A stretch of 64,000 bases of DNA from a virus (IMGVR_UViG_3300015607_000582:64001-128000), one strand, 5' to 3'. Positions 8,035 to 17,107 are shown, numbered from the stretch's first letter. The notes: a model not told the origin generated them from the letters alone. Numbers and translations are program-made.

Positions 8035-8325
8035 TCACTCGACCACGGCGAGGATGTCGTTCTCGCCGAGGACGATCCACTTCTCGCCCCCGACCTCGAC
8101 CTCGGTGCCCGCGTAGCGAGGCACGAGCACGATGTCACCCGAGGCGACTGACATCGGCACCCGCTCGCCCTTGACCCATGCGCCTGAGCCGACGGCGATG
8201 ACCTCGGCACGGATCGACGCATCCCCCGTCGCGGCACTATCGACCAGCACGATGCCCGAGGCTCGGGTCGTCTCCTGCTCGATGTGGCGGACGGCCACGC
8301 GACTGCCCAGTGGCTTGATCCCCAT
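8035..8325 (-). CDS. groES: Co-chaperonin GroES (Cpn10)
   Basis: IKPLGSRV, SGIVL, VIAVGSG, GDIVL..YAGTEV, ENDILAVVE. Confidence 0.93.
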   Translation of the reverse strand: MGIKPLGSRVAVRHIEQETTRASGIVLVDSAATGDASIRAEVIAVGSGAWVKGERVPMSVASGDIVLVPRYAGTEVEVGGEKWIVLGENDILAVVE

Positions 8326-8328
8326 GAC

Positions 8329-8517
8329 TTACCTCCTGCGTTCCTTCTTGCCTTGTCGAAGGTCGAACTCCAGCTCAGGTCGCCCGGAGAACGCCTTCAC
8401 CTTGCGCGTGAAGAAGTCCTCGGCGTCCTCGTGGTAGACGAACTTCGCGATCACTCGCTCCGTCTGTCGCCGGATCTCGACGACCTCCCAGAGCAGGTTG
8501 GTCTCGTAGTGCCTCAC
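8329..8517 (-). CDS. Hypothetical protein
   Basis: Coupled ORF. Confidence 0.5.
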   Translation of the reverse strand: MRHYETNLLWEVVEIRRQTERVIAKFVYHEDAEDFFTRKVKAFSGRPELEFDLRQGKKERRR

Positions 8518-8726
8518 TTGCGGTTCCGCTTGCGAGCTGCACGCTGGGCGCGTCGCTTCGCCTTGCGCTGCTTGAGCGTCTTCTCGGTGAGCGTCAGCGC
8601 GTCCGTGAGGAGCATGCCCGACTTGCTCTTGCCCGCAATCGCGTGGACGGTGGTGAGCATCTTGGCGCGCACCTCCATCTTCTGCTGCTTGCCCTTCCCG
8701 CTCATCTTGCTCTGGCTCTCCATCAT
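8514..8726 (-). CDS. Small basic protein
   Basis: MMESQSK..., K/R-rich C-terminus, GGGAG RBS. Confidence 0.55.
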   Translation of the reverse strand: MMESQSKMSGKGKQQKMEVRAKMLTTVHAIAGKSKSGMLLTDALTLTEKTLKQRKAKRRAQRAARKRNRK

Positions 8727-8733
8727 GTGCTCC

Positions 8734-8961
8734 CTACTGTAGGCCGAAGCCGTGTTCCCTGTACCACTCGAAGCAGAGGTTGACCGCTTCCGCGTGGCGC
8801 TCGATCTTGCCTGTCTTGACCCGGTGACCGTAGGCATGGAACACCTTGCTCCGCAGGTTCGCGGGCAGCTCGTACCAGTGCTCTCGACACGCGAAGTGCT
8901 CGTACGGAATGCGCTCCTTGCACCCGAGCACCGGGCACGCCTTGGTCAGCTCCTCACTCAC
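8734..8961 (-). CDS. Small Zn-finger-like protein
   Basis: CPVLGC...CREHW. Confidence 0.6.
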   Translation of the reverse strand: MSEELTKACPVLGCKERIPYEHFACREHWYELPANLRSKVFHAYGHRVKTGKIERHAEAVNLCFEWYREHGFGLQ

Positions 8962-9197
8962 ATCAACATACGCCCGTGTGCCTCGATGATGGTGACCCCG
9001 TCGTCGAGCAGGGTGATGTGCTCCGACACCTCCATGACGACGTAGGTGTCGAACCCGATCTGGCGCTGCAGCTTCACCATCATATTCTCCGAGACCATGA
9101 TGAGCTGGCGCTCGTCGAGGCGCACGAGGCGACTGTCCTCGTCGCCCCGCCCCTCGTGGACGACCTTGAGCAGGCGCTGGATCTCTTCATCGGTCAT
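8958..9197 (-). CDS. Hypothetical protein
   Basis: Coupled ORF with GGAGG RBS. Confidence 0.55.
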   Translation of the reverse strand: MTDEEIQRLLKVVHEGRGDEDSRLVRLDERQLIMVSENMMVKLQRQIGFDTYVVMEVSEHITLLDDGVTIIEAHGRMLM

Positions 9198-9373
9198 GCC
9201 GCGTTCGCCTCCTCGCTGACGGCGTCCAGTGTCTCTCGCGCGCTGCGGTTGACGAAGCCACTGACGAGGCAGGCCACGGCGGCCACCGCGCAGGCCCCCT
9301 CGTCAGTCAGCGGGCCGGGCTGCGTCGTCACCTCGCACCACGTCGTGGGCGGCTCTCCCTCGAAGACGTCCAT
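9194..9373 (-). CDS. Hypothetical protein
   Basis: MDVFEGEPP..., TGATG coupling. Confidence 0.45.
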   Translation of the reverse strand: MDVFEGEPPTTWCEVTTQPGPLTDEGACAVAAVACLVSGFVNRSARETLDAVSEEANAA

Positions 9374-9870
9374 CAGTCGACCAGCTTGAGGTAGATGATG
9401 TTCTCGCTGCCGAGCCGCGTCTCGTTGTACGAGCCCGAGGCGCGGAACCCATAGTGCTCGACGAACCGGCGCGCACGCTCGTTGCCCGCGTGAACGTGGC
9501 ACTTGATGTAGTCCACGTTGAACGCCTCGACGACACCGAGGCGGTACTCCATCAGCCGAGACCCGTACGAGTGCCCAGACGAGTTGACGTACAGGTTCCC
9601 GAAGTAGGCGATGCTGTCGTCGCCGTCGTCCTTGAGCGTCAGCCCCGCCATGCCCCGCACCTCTCCGCCGTCCTCGACAACGTACAGGGCGTGGGGTGAG
9701 CGCAGGTGCTGCTTGATGTACTCGGGCGTCGCGAAGCGATCCTGCCACGCGGCGACCTGATCGAGCGTGTGACCCAGTCGCGTCAGCAGGATGGTCGACA
9801 CCTCTCGCTTGAGCTGCAGCAGCAGCTCGGCGTCAGCCGACTTCGCCTTGCGGATGCGGATGTCACTCAT
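9373..9870 (-). CDS. GNAT family acetyltransferase
   Basis: IRKA...D, LYV...GHSYGSRLM, VHAGNERARRFVEHYGF. Confidence 0.82.
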   Translation of the reverse strand: MSDIRIRKAKSADAELLLQLKREVSTILLTRLGHTLDQVAAWQDRFATPEYIKQHLRSPHALYVVEDGGEVRGMAGLTLKDDGDDSIAYFGNLYVNSSGHSYGSRLMEYRLGVVEAFNVDYIKCHVHAGNERARRFVEHYGFRASGSYNETRLGSENIIYLKLVD

Positions 9871-10189
9871 CTTCGACCACCCACTGGGGGCTCAGCTCGC
9901 CGATGAGCTGATTCACGCCTTCGACCACCTTGGCGATGTACTCGTCGGCCATGGCGATGACGTCGCGCGAGACGGTGTTCGGCTTCGAGACCATGCCGCC
10001 GGTGACGTGATCGTAGACGTGCGAGACGTTGTCACTCAGCGAGGCGATGTCAGCCCACTCGGCGCGGATCTGATCGACCAGCACCTTCACGAGGCGGCCG
10101 GAGAACACGCTGCCGGGCTTGGCAGCCTCCCGCTCGACCGCGTTCAGGAACTCGTCCGTCATCTGGGTTGGATCACTCGGCAACTGCAT
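9863..10189 (-). CDS. Hypothetical protein
   Basis: RBS, GC3-rich; VYDHVTGGMVSKPN. Confidence 0.65.
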   Translation of the reverse strand: MQLPSDPTQMTDEFLNAVEREAAKPGSVFSGRLVKVLVDQIRAEWADIASLSDNVSHVYDHVTGGMVSKPNTVSRDVIAMADEYIAKVVEGVNQLIGELSPQWVVEDE

Positions 10190-10218
10190 CTCGCATCTCC
10201 CCTCGATGTGTCAGTGAC

Positions 10219-10244
10219 ACGCTACCCGCCGCGCCGGACGAACC
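10219..10244 (-). promoter_or_regulatory. Class II promoter
   Basis: GGTTCGTCCGGC-N8-TAGCGT. Confidence 0.72.
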
Positions 10245-10421
10245 TCAGACCTCGTAGATGGCCGCGATCTCGTCGATGCCGAACAGCATTGGACGAGGGC
10301 GAGCGTTGCCCCAGTCGACCGACACGAGTCGCCCGCCCTCCTTGGTCAGCTCGAACTTGTCGGTCTTGAGCTGGACGCGAGCCCCGCTCTTGTAGATGAC
10401 GACGACCTTGTGGCGGCGCAT
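10245..10421 (-). CDS. Hypothetical protein
   Basis: MRRHKVVVIYKSG...IDEIAAI. Confidence 0.6.
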   Translation of the reverse strand: MRRHKVVVIYKSGARVQLKTDKFELTKEGGRLVSVDWGNARPRPMLFGIDEIAAIYEV

Positions 10422-10422
10422 G

Positions 10423-10593
10423 TCAGCCCTTCCTCTGCGGCTCGACGGGGAGCACGATGATCGGCTCCACCGGCAACTCGACCGTGTCACGGAGCCACGG
10501 CGGCACGATGCCCCCGTTGCCGTTGCCGGGCACGAACGGAATCGGGATCTGCGGGCCGGGCAGCGGCACGAGCGTCACGGGTGCGATTCGCAT
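10423..10593 (-). CDS. Pro-rich 56-aa peptide (not in ORF track)
   Basis: MRIAPVTLVPLPGPQIPIPFVPGNGNGGIVPPWL...; fills the gap exactly, TGATG coupling. Confidence 0.55.
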   Translation of the reverse strand: MRIAPVTLVPLPGPQIPIPFVPGNGNGGIVPPWLRDTVELPVEPIIVLPVEPQRKG

Positions 10594-11051
10594 CAGGACT
10601 GCCCCACCTTCACGTCCTCGCCGCCGGGGACGATGATGGACTTCTCCTCGGCCATGCCCTGCATCTCGGCCTGCCGGGCCGCCATGCGGGCCTCCAGCAG
10701 ACCGGCCTGACCGAGCATGTTGAAAATGAGGATCGTCTGCTGCTCGGCGATGTGACGAGCGAACGCCAGCGGCTGCTCCTGCTGCGTCATGATCGCGTGC
10801 GAGGTGGCTGCAGCTCGCAGCTCCAGCATGGAGTTCAGGATCCGCTGCCGTGCAGTGGCGAAGGTGTCCTGATGCTGCTCCGGATTGGTGCCGACGCTCG
10901 CCGGGTAGACGACCGCCCCTGCGCCATGGTCGAAGATGGCCTGAACCGTCTCCTCGTGCAGCTCGGCGGTGGCGACGCGACCGTCGGCCGTCGTCAGCGT
11001 GATGGCCACGGGAGCCGGGGGCTCCGGGTTCGGCGCTTCGTGCTCAGACAT
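10593..11051 (-). CDS. Hypothetical protein
   Basis: Coupled ORF. Confidence 0.6.
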   Translation of the reverse strand: MSEHEAPNPEPPAPVAITLTTADGRVATAELHEETVQAIFDHGAGAVVYPASVGTNPEQHQDTFATARQRILNSMLELRAAATSHAIMTQQEQPLAFARHIAEQQTILIFNMLGQAGLLEARMAARQAEMQGMAEEKSIIVPGGEDVKVGQS

Positions 11052-11391
11052 TCGTGAACAGCTCCTTGCCTGCGCCCAGCGCCTTGCACTGGGCCATGTA
11101 GTTTGCGGTGTGCTCGTCTGCCTTCGCCTCGGGGTCGAAGCCCGCGCTGCGAAGTTCCTTGTCGAGGGCCTGATCCAGCTTCGTGCGAGCGAGGTTGTAC
11201 GCCGCCACGAACGGCCCGCAGATGTCGCAGGACTTGTCCGTGCGGTAGTCGTCCCGACGCTCTCCGCCCTTGCCGGGCTTGGTCGCGCAGGAGCAGCCGT
11301 TGCTGTGCGTGCGCCTCACATGCAGCATCTGCCGCTCGAACTGGCGACGAGCTGCTGCAAGCTGGAAGATGGAATCCGAATCCCCGTTCAT
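11044..11391 (-). CDS. Cys/His-containing hypothetical protein, probably leaderless
   Basis: ATG 7 nt after class II -10; H..GCSC...CDIC. Confidence 0.6.
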   Translation of the reverse strand: MNGDSDSIFQLAAARRQFERQMLHVRRTHSNGCSCATKPGKGGERRDDYRTDKSCDICGPFVAAYNLARTKLDQALDKELRSAGFDPEAKADEHTANYMAQCKALGAGKELFTNV

Positions 11392-11398
11392 GGAGGCC

Positions 11399-11424
11399 AT
11401 GCTACAGGGGGCGTCGGACGAACC
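11399..11424 (-). promoter_or_regulatory. Class II promoter
   Basis: GGTTCGTCCGAC-N8-TAGCAT. Confidence 0.75.
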
Positions 11425-13317
11425 TCAGAGGCCAGCGAGGGCGGCCGCCTGCTCGGGCGTCAGGATGTCCACCCCAAGCTCGCGAGCACGCTTCGCCTTG
11501 CTCGAAGTGGACGTCGGATCCTCCAAGATGAGGAGATCCGTCTTCTTGCCGACGCTGGACTGCGAGACCCAACCGACGCCCTCCAGCAGCTCGATGAACT
11601 CGGCTCGGCTCTTGTAGCCGGGCACGCTGCCAGTCACGACGAAGTGCTTGGCATCCGCGCCCTGCTTCGGGCGTGGCGCGGTCAGGTCGACCCCGAGCGA
11701 CACGAGCGCATTGACGACGTTCGCATTGTCGCTGCCCCACTCCCAGATGGAGCGTGCAGTCTCGGGGCCGATGTCGTCGATGGCTTCGAGGTCGCTGGCC
11801 GACGCCATGATGAGGTCGTCGATGTTCGCGTACGTCGCGGCAAGGCGCTTGGCCGTGCCGTCGCCGACGTTCGGAATCGCGAAGCCGACCAGAGCCCTGC
11901 GCAACCCGACCGACTTCGACTTCTCGATGGCGGCCACGGTGTTCTCGGCGGTCTTCTTGCCCACGCCGGGGAGCGTCAGCAGGTCGTCGACGGTGAGCCG
12001 GTACAGGTCGGGCAGCTTGGCCACCAGACCCGCGTCCACGAGCTTGCCGATGAGCGAGCTGGACATGCCCTTGATGTTCGCGGCAGGCTTGCTCGCCCAG
12101 CGCACGAATCGCTCCAGACGCTGCGCGGGACACCCGGCGACGTTGACGCACTCCACCTGCCCGGACTGGCCGCGCTGCTCCAGCGGCTGCGAGCACTCGG
12201 GGCAGTCAGTCGGGACGACGATCTCGGTCGGCGACGTCGACGGCTCCAGCACCCCGTTCACGTACGGGATGACATCCCCGGCGTAGGTGACCTCCAGCAC
12301 GTCGCCGATCTGCAGGTTGCGCTCGCGGATCCACGCGATGTTGTGGAGCGACGCGCGGGACATGATGCCCTTCTCGGTCTCCGTCGGCTCCAGCTCGGCC
12401 ACGGGTGTCACTCCGCCGCCCGTCCCGACCTGCCACGTCACGTCGAGCAGCTTCGCCTCGTACGTCGTGCCCGCGACCTTGTAGGCGACCGCCCAGTTCG
12501 GATGGCGATCCTTCGAGCCCAGCTTCTCGCGCACGTCCATGTTGCCGGTCTTGATGACGACACCGTCGATCTCGTAGTCGAGTTCGTCGCGCATTGCGAG
12601 GACGCCCTCGACCGCGTCGGCGACCAAGTCGATGGGCGCGTCGATGGTGTCATGAAGCGTCACCCAGCAGGTGCCGCTGACCGTGACGAAGTCGTACGGG
12701 ATGAAGGTCAGCCGACGCCGTCGCGCCTCCTGCGGATCCGAGTGACGCATCGCCCCGGCCGCAGCGTTGCGCGCGTTGGCGAACTGCCCGTCGGCGTTGA
12801 TCTCGGCGAACGCCGAGCGAGTGATGACGACCTCGCCGCGCACCACTCCCGTGAACGCCCGACCGGGGTGAACCTCCACGCCACGGATGCAGCGAGCGTT
12901 CGCCGTGATGTCGTCGCCGACGAGACCGTCGCCGCGCGTCAGGGCCGAGACCAGCACGCCGTCCTCGTACTGGAGCGAGAGCGACGCTCCGTCGTACTTG
13001 GGCTGCACCATGAGGTGGTCTCCGGGCTCGAAGCGCGAGAGGAACTTCTCCAGCCCCTCGCCCGTCGTGACCTTGTCCAGCGACAGCATCGGGAAGGCGT
13101 GCTCGGTCGGCTTGAGGGTGGCCCGGCCGCCGGGGCGCTTCGTCGGCGAGTTGGGCGCGACGTGCTCGCCGGTCGCCTCGAACTCGACGAGCTGGTCGAA
13201 GAGGCGGTCGTACTCCGCATCGGTGACGACGCAGTTGTCCGGATCGGTGTAGTAGGTCTCGTCGAGGATGTTCACTCGCTCGACGAGGTCAAGGTACTCG
13301 CGCAGGCCGATGGTCAC
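11425..13317 (-). CDS. ligA: NAD-dependent DNA ligase
   Basis: DAEYD, PMLSL, QPKYDG, TRGDG, DGVVIK, WAVAYK, Zn finger, HhH, BRCT. Confidence 0.95.
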   Translation of the reverse strand: MTIGLREYLDLVERVNILDETYYTDPDNCVVTDAEYDRLFDQLVEFEATGEHVAPNSPTKRPGGRATLKPTEHAFPMLSLDKVTTGEGLEKFLSRFEPGDHLMVQPKYDGASLSLQYEDGVLVSALTRGDGLVGDDITANARCIRGVEVHPGRAFTGVVRGEVVITRSAFAEINADGQFANARNAAAGAMRHSDPQEARRRRLTFIPYDFVTVSGTCWVTLHDTIDAPIDLVADAVEGVLAMRDELDYEIDGVVIKTGNMDVREKLGSKDRHPNWAVAYKVAGTTYEAKLLDVTWQVGTGGGVTPVAELEPTETEKGIMSRASLHNIAWIRERNLQIGDVLEVTYAGDVIPYVNGVLEPSTSPTEIVVPTDCPECSQPLEQRGQSGQVECVNVAGCPAQRLERFVRWASKPAANIKGMSSSLIGKLVDAGLVAKLPDLYRLTVDDLLTLPGVGKKTAENTVAAIEKSKSVGLRRALVGFAIPNVGDGTAKRLAATYANIDDLIMASASDLEAIDDIGPETARSIWEWGSDNANVVNALVSLGVDLTAPRPKQGADAKHFVVTGSVPGYKSRAEFIELLEGVGWVSQSSVGKKTDLLILEDPTSTSSKAKRARELGVDILTPEQAAALAGL

Positions 13318-13529
13318 TTGTTCCTCCAGTTGATCTTGCTGAACGCACGAGCCAGCCTCGCACGCAGCCCCTTGCTGTTCGCCTCGACCCGCAGGATCTC
13401 AAGGTCGCGCTCCAGACGCTGCACCTCGAACTCCAGAGCCTCGGCCCTTGCCTTCTCGCGCTGGAAGGCGTCGTGAGCGAGCTGCAGCACCTCGCGCAGC
13501 TCGACCAGCTCGTCAGAATCGGGCGACAT
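13314..13529 (-). CDS. Coiled-coil hypothetical protein
   Basis: MSPDSDELVE..., GAGGTGG RBS. Confidence 0.55.
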   Translation of the reverse strand: MSPDSDELVELREVLQLAHDAFQREKARAEALEFEVQRLERDLEILRVEANSKGLRARLARAFSKINWRNK

Positions 13530-14082
13530 GATCCACCTCGCTCTGGAAGCATGAAAGACACACGGGCGCGTACACCTCGGAGCCGCCGACCTGCACGACG
13601 TCACCCGACGTGACCACCTTGCCGTTGCCGTCGAAGCGACGAGTGCGCTGCGCCGGGGCACCGCATCCGTTGCACTGCGACGTCAGCGGCTTCACGTACG
13701 ACATGAGCTGCAGCTCGCGAGTCGTGGGGAACCACTCCCCGAAGCAGTCCCGATCCAGACCGGCCGCGACGATCATCAGGTCGCGCTGCAGCGGCTTGAG
13801 CATGTCGGCGAGCGCCTCGGGGAAGAACTGGACTTCGTCGAGCGCGATGGCGTCAGCGAAGCCAGCGGCGAAGTTCAGGGCCTCGGCGAGGTGCTGCTCG
13901 TCGCGGATCAGCGTGGCCGAGATGGTGCGCCCAGTGTGGGCCACGATGCGACGCGCGTCGTAGCGGTCGTCGATGCTCGGCTTGAGCACCATGGTGGTCT
14001 TCCCGCGCTGGCGCAGGGAAGTCACCTCGTCGATGAGGTGGGTGGTCTTGCCAGCCCACATTGGGCCGAGGTACAGGATCAA
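13513..14082 (-). CDS. tdk: Thymidine kinase
   Basis: GPMWAGKTT, DEVQFF, AGLDRD, CxxC...Y..VC..C. Confidence 0.92.
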   Translation of the reverse strand: MILYLGPMWAGKTTHLIDEVTSLRQRGKTTMVLKPSIDDRYDARRIVAHTGRTISATLIRDEQHLAEALNFAAGFADAIALDEVQFFPEALADMLKPLQRDLMIVAAGLDRDCFGEWFPTTRELQLMSYVKPLTSQCNGCGAPAQRTRRFDGNGKVVTSGDVVQVGGSEVYAPVCLSCFQSEVDHVARF

Positions 14083-14114
14083 GGTGAGCCTCCGTTGGGG
14101 CGTGTACCTGATCC

Positions 14115-14140
14115 ATCCTAGAGCACGGGTCGGACGAACT
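14115..14140 (-). promoter_or_regulatory. Class II promoter
   Basis: AGTTCGTCCGAC-N8-TAGGAT, upstream of tdk. Confidence 0.7.
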
Positions 14141-14462
14141 CCCGAGCGCGCAGTGCATCAACGACAGTCGACATCACGAGGTTGCGGTCGATGGCGGACA
14201 TCCATATCTGGGGCCGCCCGTCTCGCATGGTGCCGAGGGCGACAGGGTGCCCCTCCGGGAGCTGCTGGCGTGCGACCATGTTCGACACGTAGGTGGCGGC
14301 CGTGTCGTCGAGGCCAGCCTCCTCAGCAGCATGGCGGGCCAAGTCCGAGAACATGTCCCCGAACTTGACCACGCCATGCACGTACGCCCAGTTGTCGCTG
14401 CTGGCGGCGAGGTAGGCCGTCATCCACTGTGCGCCCGCGTGCTGCTGAGGAGTATCCATCAC
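14118..14462 (-). CDS. Hypothetical protein
   Basis: Starts at the GTGA of a class III motif. Confidence 0.55.
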   Translation of the reverse strand: MMDTPQQHAGAQWMTAYLAASSDNWAYVHGVVKFGDMFSDLARHAAEEAGLDDTAATYVSNMVARQQLPEGHPVALGTMRDGRPQIWMSAIDRNLVMSTVVDALRAREFVRPVL

Positions 14463-14470
14463 TGGTTAGG
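14459..14470 (-). promoter_or_regulatory. Class III (late-type) motif
   Basis: CCTAA-CCA-GTGA. Confidence 0.55.
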
Positions 14471-14472
14471 CG

Positions 14473-15084
14473 TCAGAACACGTAGTTCTTGAGCACGCGC
14501 GGAGCGCGATTCCACGCCTTGGCGTTGGCTGCAGAGCCGGGCTTGCACGACCATGGCCCGAAGCCCCCGCCGCCGGTCACGTCGCGGTCGTACTCGTAGT
14601 AGCCCGACGCCGCGATGGCCTGAGCCTCGATGGTGGGGCCATGCCCCCAGCGAGCCCGCTCGCCGTCACCCATCTGGAACGTGCCACGGTACTCCCCGTT
14701 CCTCGCGCGGGGGTTGAACGTCCCCTCGCACCACGCGACGGTGACGGCCTCCTGATCGGAGGAGTTGAACGGCCACGCGACCATGATCTTGCAGGCGCTG
14801 CGCACCGTCCAGCGCGTGTGGGCGTTGCCGAGTCGGATCTTCGAGCACTGGTGGAGCTGGTGCGACACCTTGTGCTGAGCCGCGTACTTGAGGCAGCGAA
14901 GGAAGGTCAGACGCCGCTGCTGCGTCGTGTGAGGTGGGTTGGCGACCATGTCCGCGTGTGCAGCACGAGCGCATGCGCTCCGCGTGACGGTGTGAGCCGA
15001 CGCCTTGGACGGTGCCGCTGCCAGCGCAATGAGCGCGACTGCAGCGATGGCGATGGCTGTAGTGACGAGCTTGGATCCCTTCAT
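14473..15084 (-). CDS. Secreted lysozyme-fold / lytic transglycosylase-like protein
   Basis: Signal peptide (..KASA); VAWCEG..NPRARNG..RGTFQ...GPWSC. Confidence 0.7.
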   Translation of the reverse strand: MKGSKLVTTAIAIAAVALIALAAAPSKASAHTVTRSACARAAHADMVANPPHTTQQRRLTFLRCLKYAAQHKVSHQLHQCSKIRLGNAHTRWTVRSACKIMVAWPFNSSDQEAVTVAWCEGTFNPRARNGEYRGTFQMGDGERARWGHGPTIEAQAIAASGYYEYDRDVTGGGGFGPWSCKPGSAANAKAWNRAPRVLKNYVF

Positions 15085-15170
15085 GGGGTCCTCCAGTTTA
15101 GCCTACAGGGACGGCGCTCCGATCCGAAGATGCAGAACGCAAACGACCCTCCGGAGAGGGTCGCTGGTGC

Positions 15171-15196
15171 ATCATAGACTACCCGTCGGACGAACC
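15171..15196 (-). promoter_or_regulatory. Class II promoter
   Basis: GGTTCGTCCGAC-N8-TATGAT. Confidence 0.75.
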
Positions 15197-15912
15197 TACT
15201 CCGCAGCCGCCTCGCATGCCTGACGGCCGAGGTCGTCGGCGAGGGCGTTCTGGGCACGGGGGATCCACTTGAACGTGACCCGCTCGAACTCGCGCACGAG
15301 GCGGCGCAGCTCGCCATGGAACTCGATCAGGTTCTCGGCACGCACCGCGTACTGGCCAGACGCCTGACGCATCACGAGCTGCGAATCGCCATGGGCGCGC
15401 ACGACACGCGCCCCCAGCTCGCGGCAGCGGTACAGGCCCGCAATGAGCCCGCACCACTCGGCTTCGTTGCTGGTGACGTCGTCGGGCAGGACACGGCCGC
15501 TCTGGTCGAGGATCATGCCGTCGACGTCACGGATGACGAACCCGTAGCACGGGGCGGGTGACATGCCGCCGTCGCTGTAGAGGTGGACTTCCACGGCCTG
15601 CTCCTCGCTCTCGAATGAGCCACGAAGTGCCGCAATCGTTGCGTCGATGCCGCGCTTCCTGATCTCGATGTGGTGGATGGTCTCGTCCAGCTCGGCACGG
15701 CTCGTGATGAGGTAGTAGCCGCCGCCGTGGACCGAGCCGATAAGGTGCCCGGCCTTGCGCAGGCGGCTGACCATGAAGCCGATAGCGCGCTGGTTCACCT
15801 CCAGCTTCTGCGCCAAGTCGAAGCTCGACCGGGCGGCGTCCTTGCCCTCGCCCAAGAGTTCCAGCAGCGAGGCGTCAATGCCTCGATCTGCTGCGTGGAC
15901 GATCTCAGTCAC
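15196..15912 (-). CDS. Winged-HTH - RNase HI fusion
   Basis: N-terminal DLAQKL..RLRKAG..IGS..GGYYL; C-terminal YSDGG, SNEAE, GDSQLV, WIPRAQNALAD. Confidence 0.82.
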   Translation of the reverse strand: MTEIVHAADRGIDASLLELLGEGKDAARSSFDLAQKLEVNQRAIGFMVSRLRKAGHLIGSVHGGGYYLITSRAELDETIHHIEIRKRGIDATIAALRGSFESEEQAVEVHLYSDGGMSPAPCYGFVIRDVDGMILDQSGRVLPDDVTSNEAEWCGLIAGLYRCRELGARVVRAHGDSQLVMRQASGQYAVRAENLIEFHGELRRLVREFERVTFKWIPRAQNALADDLGRQACEAAAE

Positions 15913-16586
15913 GGAGCCTGCCTCCCATGCTCCACGAAGGCCGCCATGGCGACCGGCGCGATCTCGAACGCCATCTCCTCGATGGCCTCGGCGTAGACCT
16001 TGATCTCGTACTGGGCCCGGTCGTCGTTGCGCAGCGAGAGGAAGTTCATCAGCGAGCGGAGGTTGCAGCTCCAGACCATCTTGCTGTACGTGTTGACGGG
16101 CAGCACGAGGCGGGCGATCTCCTTCGCGACGCCATCGCGGAGCATGGCCTCGTACGTGTCGAATGCCCTATTGCACGAGGCCGTGATGCCGTCTCGGACT
16201 GCGCGGGCCTTGCCGTCATCCTCGATGCGCTCGTAGGTGTACGCGCCCGCCTTGCCCTTCTGCTCGCGCACGTTGTCGCGTGCGGGGACGTAGAACAGGC
16301 GAGGCAGCTCGACGTAGCGCCCGCTCATCTCGTTGATCGACGCGATGCGATGGCGGTGCCACTCGCGGAACACGAAGATCGGGGCCTGCACCTCGAACAT
16401 GAGGTTGACCATCTCGAACGGCGTGCCGTGACGCTCGCGAGCGAGGAAGTTGATAAGCCCGCGATCCGCGTCGCTCAGCTCCTCGCGCTTCGTGTTGTAC
16501 GACGTGCGAGCAGCGTTGACGATGTTGAGGTCGCCGCCCATGCTGTCGACGAGGTTGACGTAGCCGTGGTCGAGGACGTCGGTCAT
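15909..16586 (-). CDS. thyX: FAD-dependent thymidylate synthase
   Basis: HGTPFE, REWHRHR..SINEMSGRY, AQYEI. Confidence 0.95.
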   Translation of the reverse strand: MTDVLDHGYVNLVDSMGGDLNIVNAARTSYNTKREELSDADRGLINFLARERHGTPFEMVNLMFEVQAPIFVFREWHRHRIASINEMSGRYVELPRLFYVPARDNVREQKGKAGAYTYERIEDDGKARAVRDGITASCNRAFDTYEAMLRDGVAKEIARLVLPVNTYSKMVWSCNLRSLMNFLSLRNDDRAQYEIKVYAEAIEEMAFEIAPVAMAAFVEHGRQAP

Positions 16587-16876
16587 CCCTGACCCTCCGT
16601 CTCCATCGCCAGCTTCTTGCGGAGCTTGGCCGCGCGCTTGAGCGCCTTGCCGCGATTGAGCCGCCCGACGCGACGCCACCACGGCAACTCCAGCATCGAC
16701 CAGATGAGGTTCACCTCGTCGACGATGTCGTTGATGACACGCTCGTTGAGCTGCAGAACCTCCTCGATGAACCCCGCCTGCTTGTTGACGACGTCACCAA
16801 GCGAGATGACGTCATCCTGCAGCGCGTCGAAGGCTTCCTGCCCGAGTTCCATGTGTTCGATCCTCCAGTTGCTCAT
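16583..16876 (-). CDS. Hypothetical protein
   Basis: MSNWRIEH..., coupled. Confidence 0.55.
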   Translation of the reverse strand: MSNWRIEHMELGQEAFDALQDDVISLGDVVNKQAGFIEEVLQLNERVINDIVDEVNLIWSMLELPWWRRVGRLNRGKALKRAAKLRKKLAMETEGQG

Positions 16877-17073
16877 GATGCGGCGAATGCTCCGATGATC
16901 TCGCCGTTGTCGCCGTAGTAGACCTTCACCTGCTCTCCGAGGCGGACGCCGAAGCGCCGAGCCATGTCGCTGTCCGCGTACATGAACTCGGGCTTCGCGC
17001 CGTTGGCCGCCGCCATCAGTCCGGCCCGGAAGCCGAGCTGGAAGCCGCGCTCGAAGTTGCACTCGCTGGTCAT
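16873..17073 (-). CDS. Hypothetical protein, probably leaderless
   Basis: ATG 7 nt after class II -10. Confidence 0.55.
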   Translation of the reverse strand: MTSECNFERGFQLGFRAGLMAAANGAKPEFMYADSDMARRFGVRLGEQVKVYYGDNGEIIGAFAAS

Positions 17074-17080
17074 GTGTCGA

Positions 17081-17106
17081 AGCGTACCGACCGCGTCGGA
17101 CGAACC
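17081..17106 (-). promoter_or_regulatory. Class II promoter
   Basis: GGTTCGTCCGAC-N8-TACGCT. Confidence 0.75.
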
Positions 17107-17107
17107 G

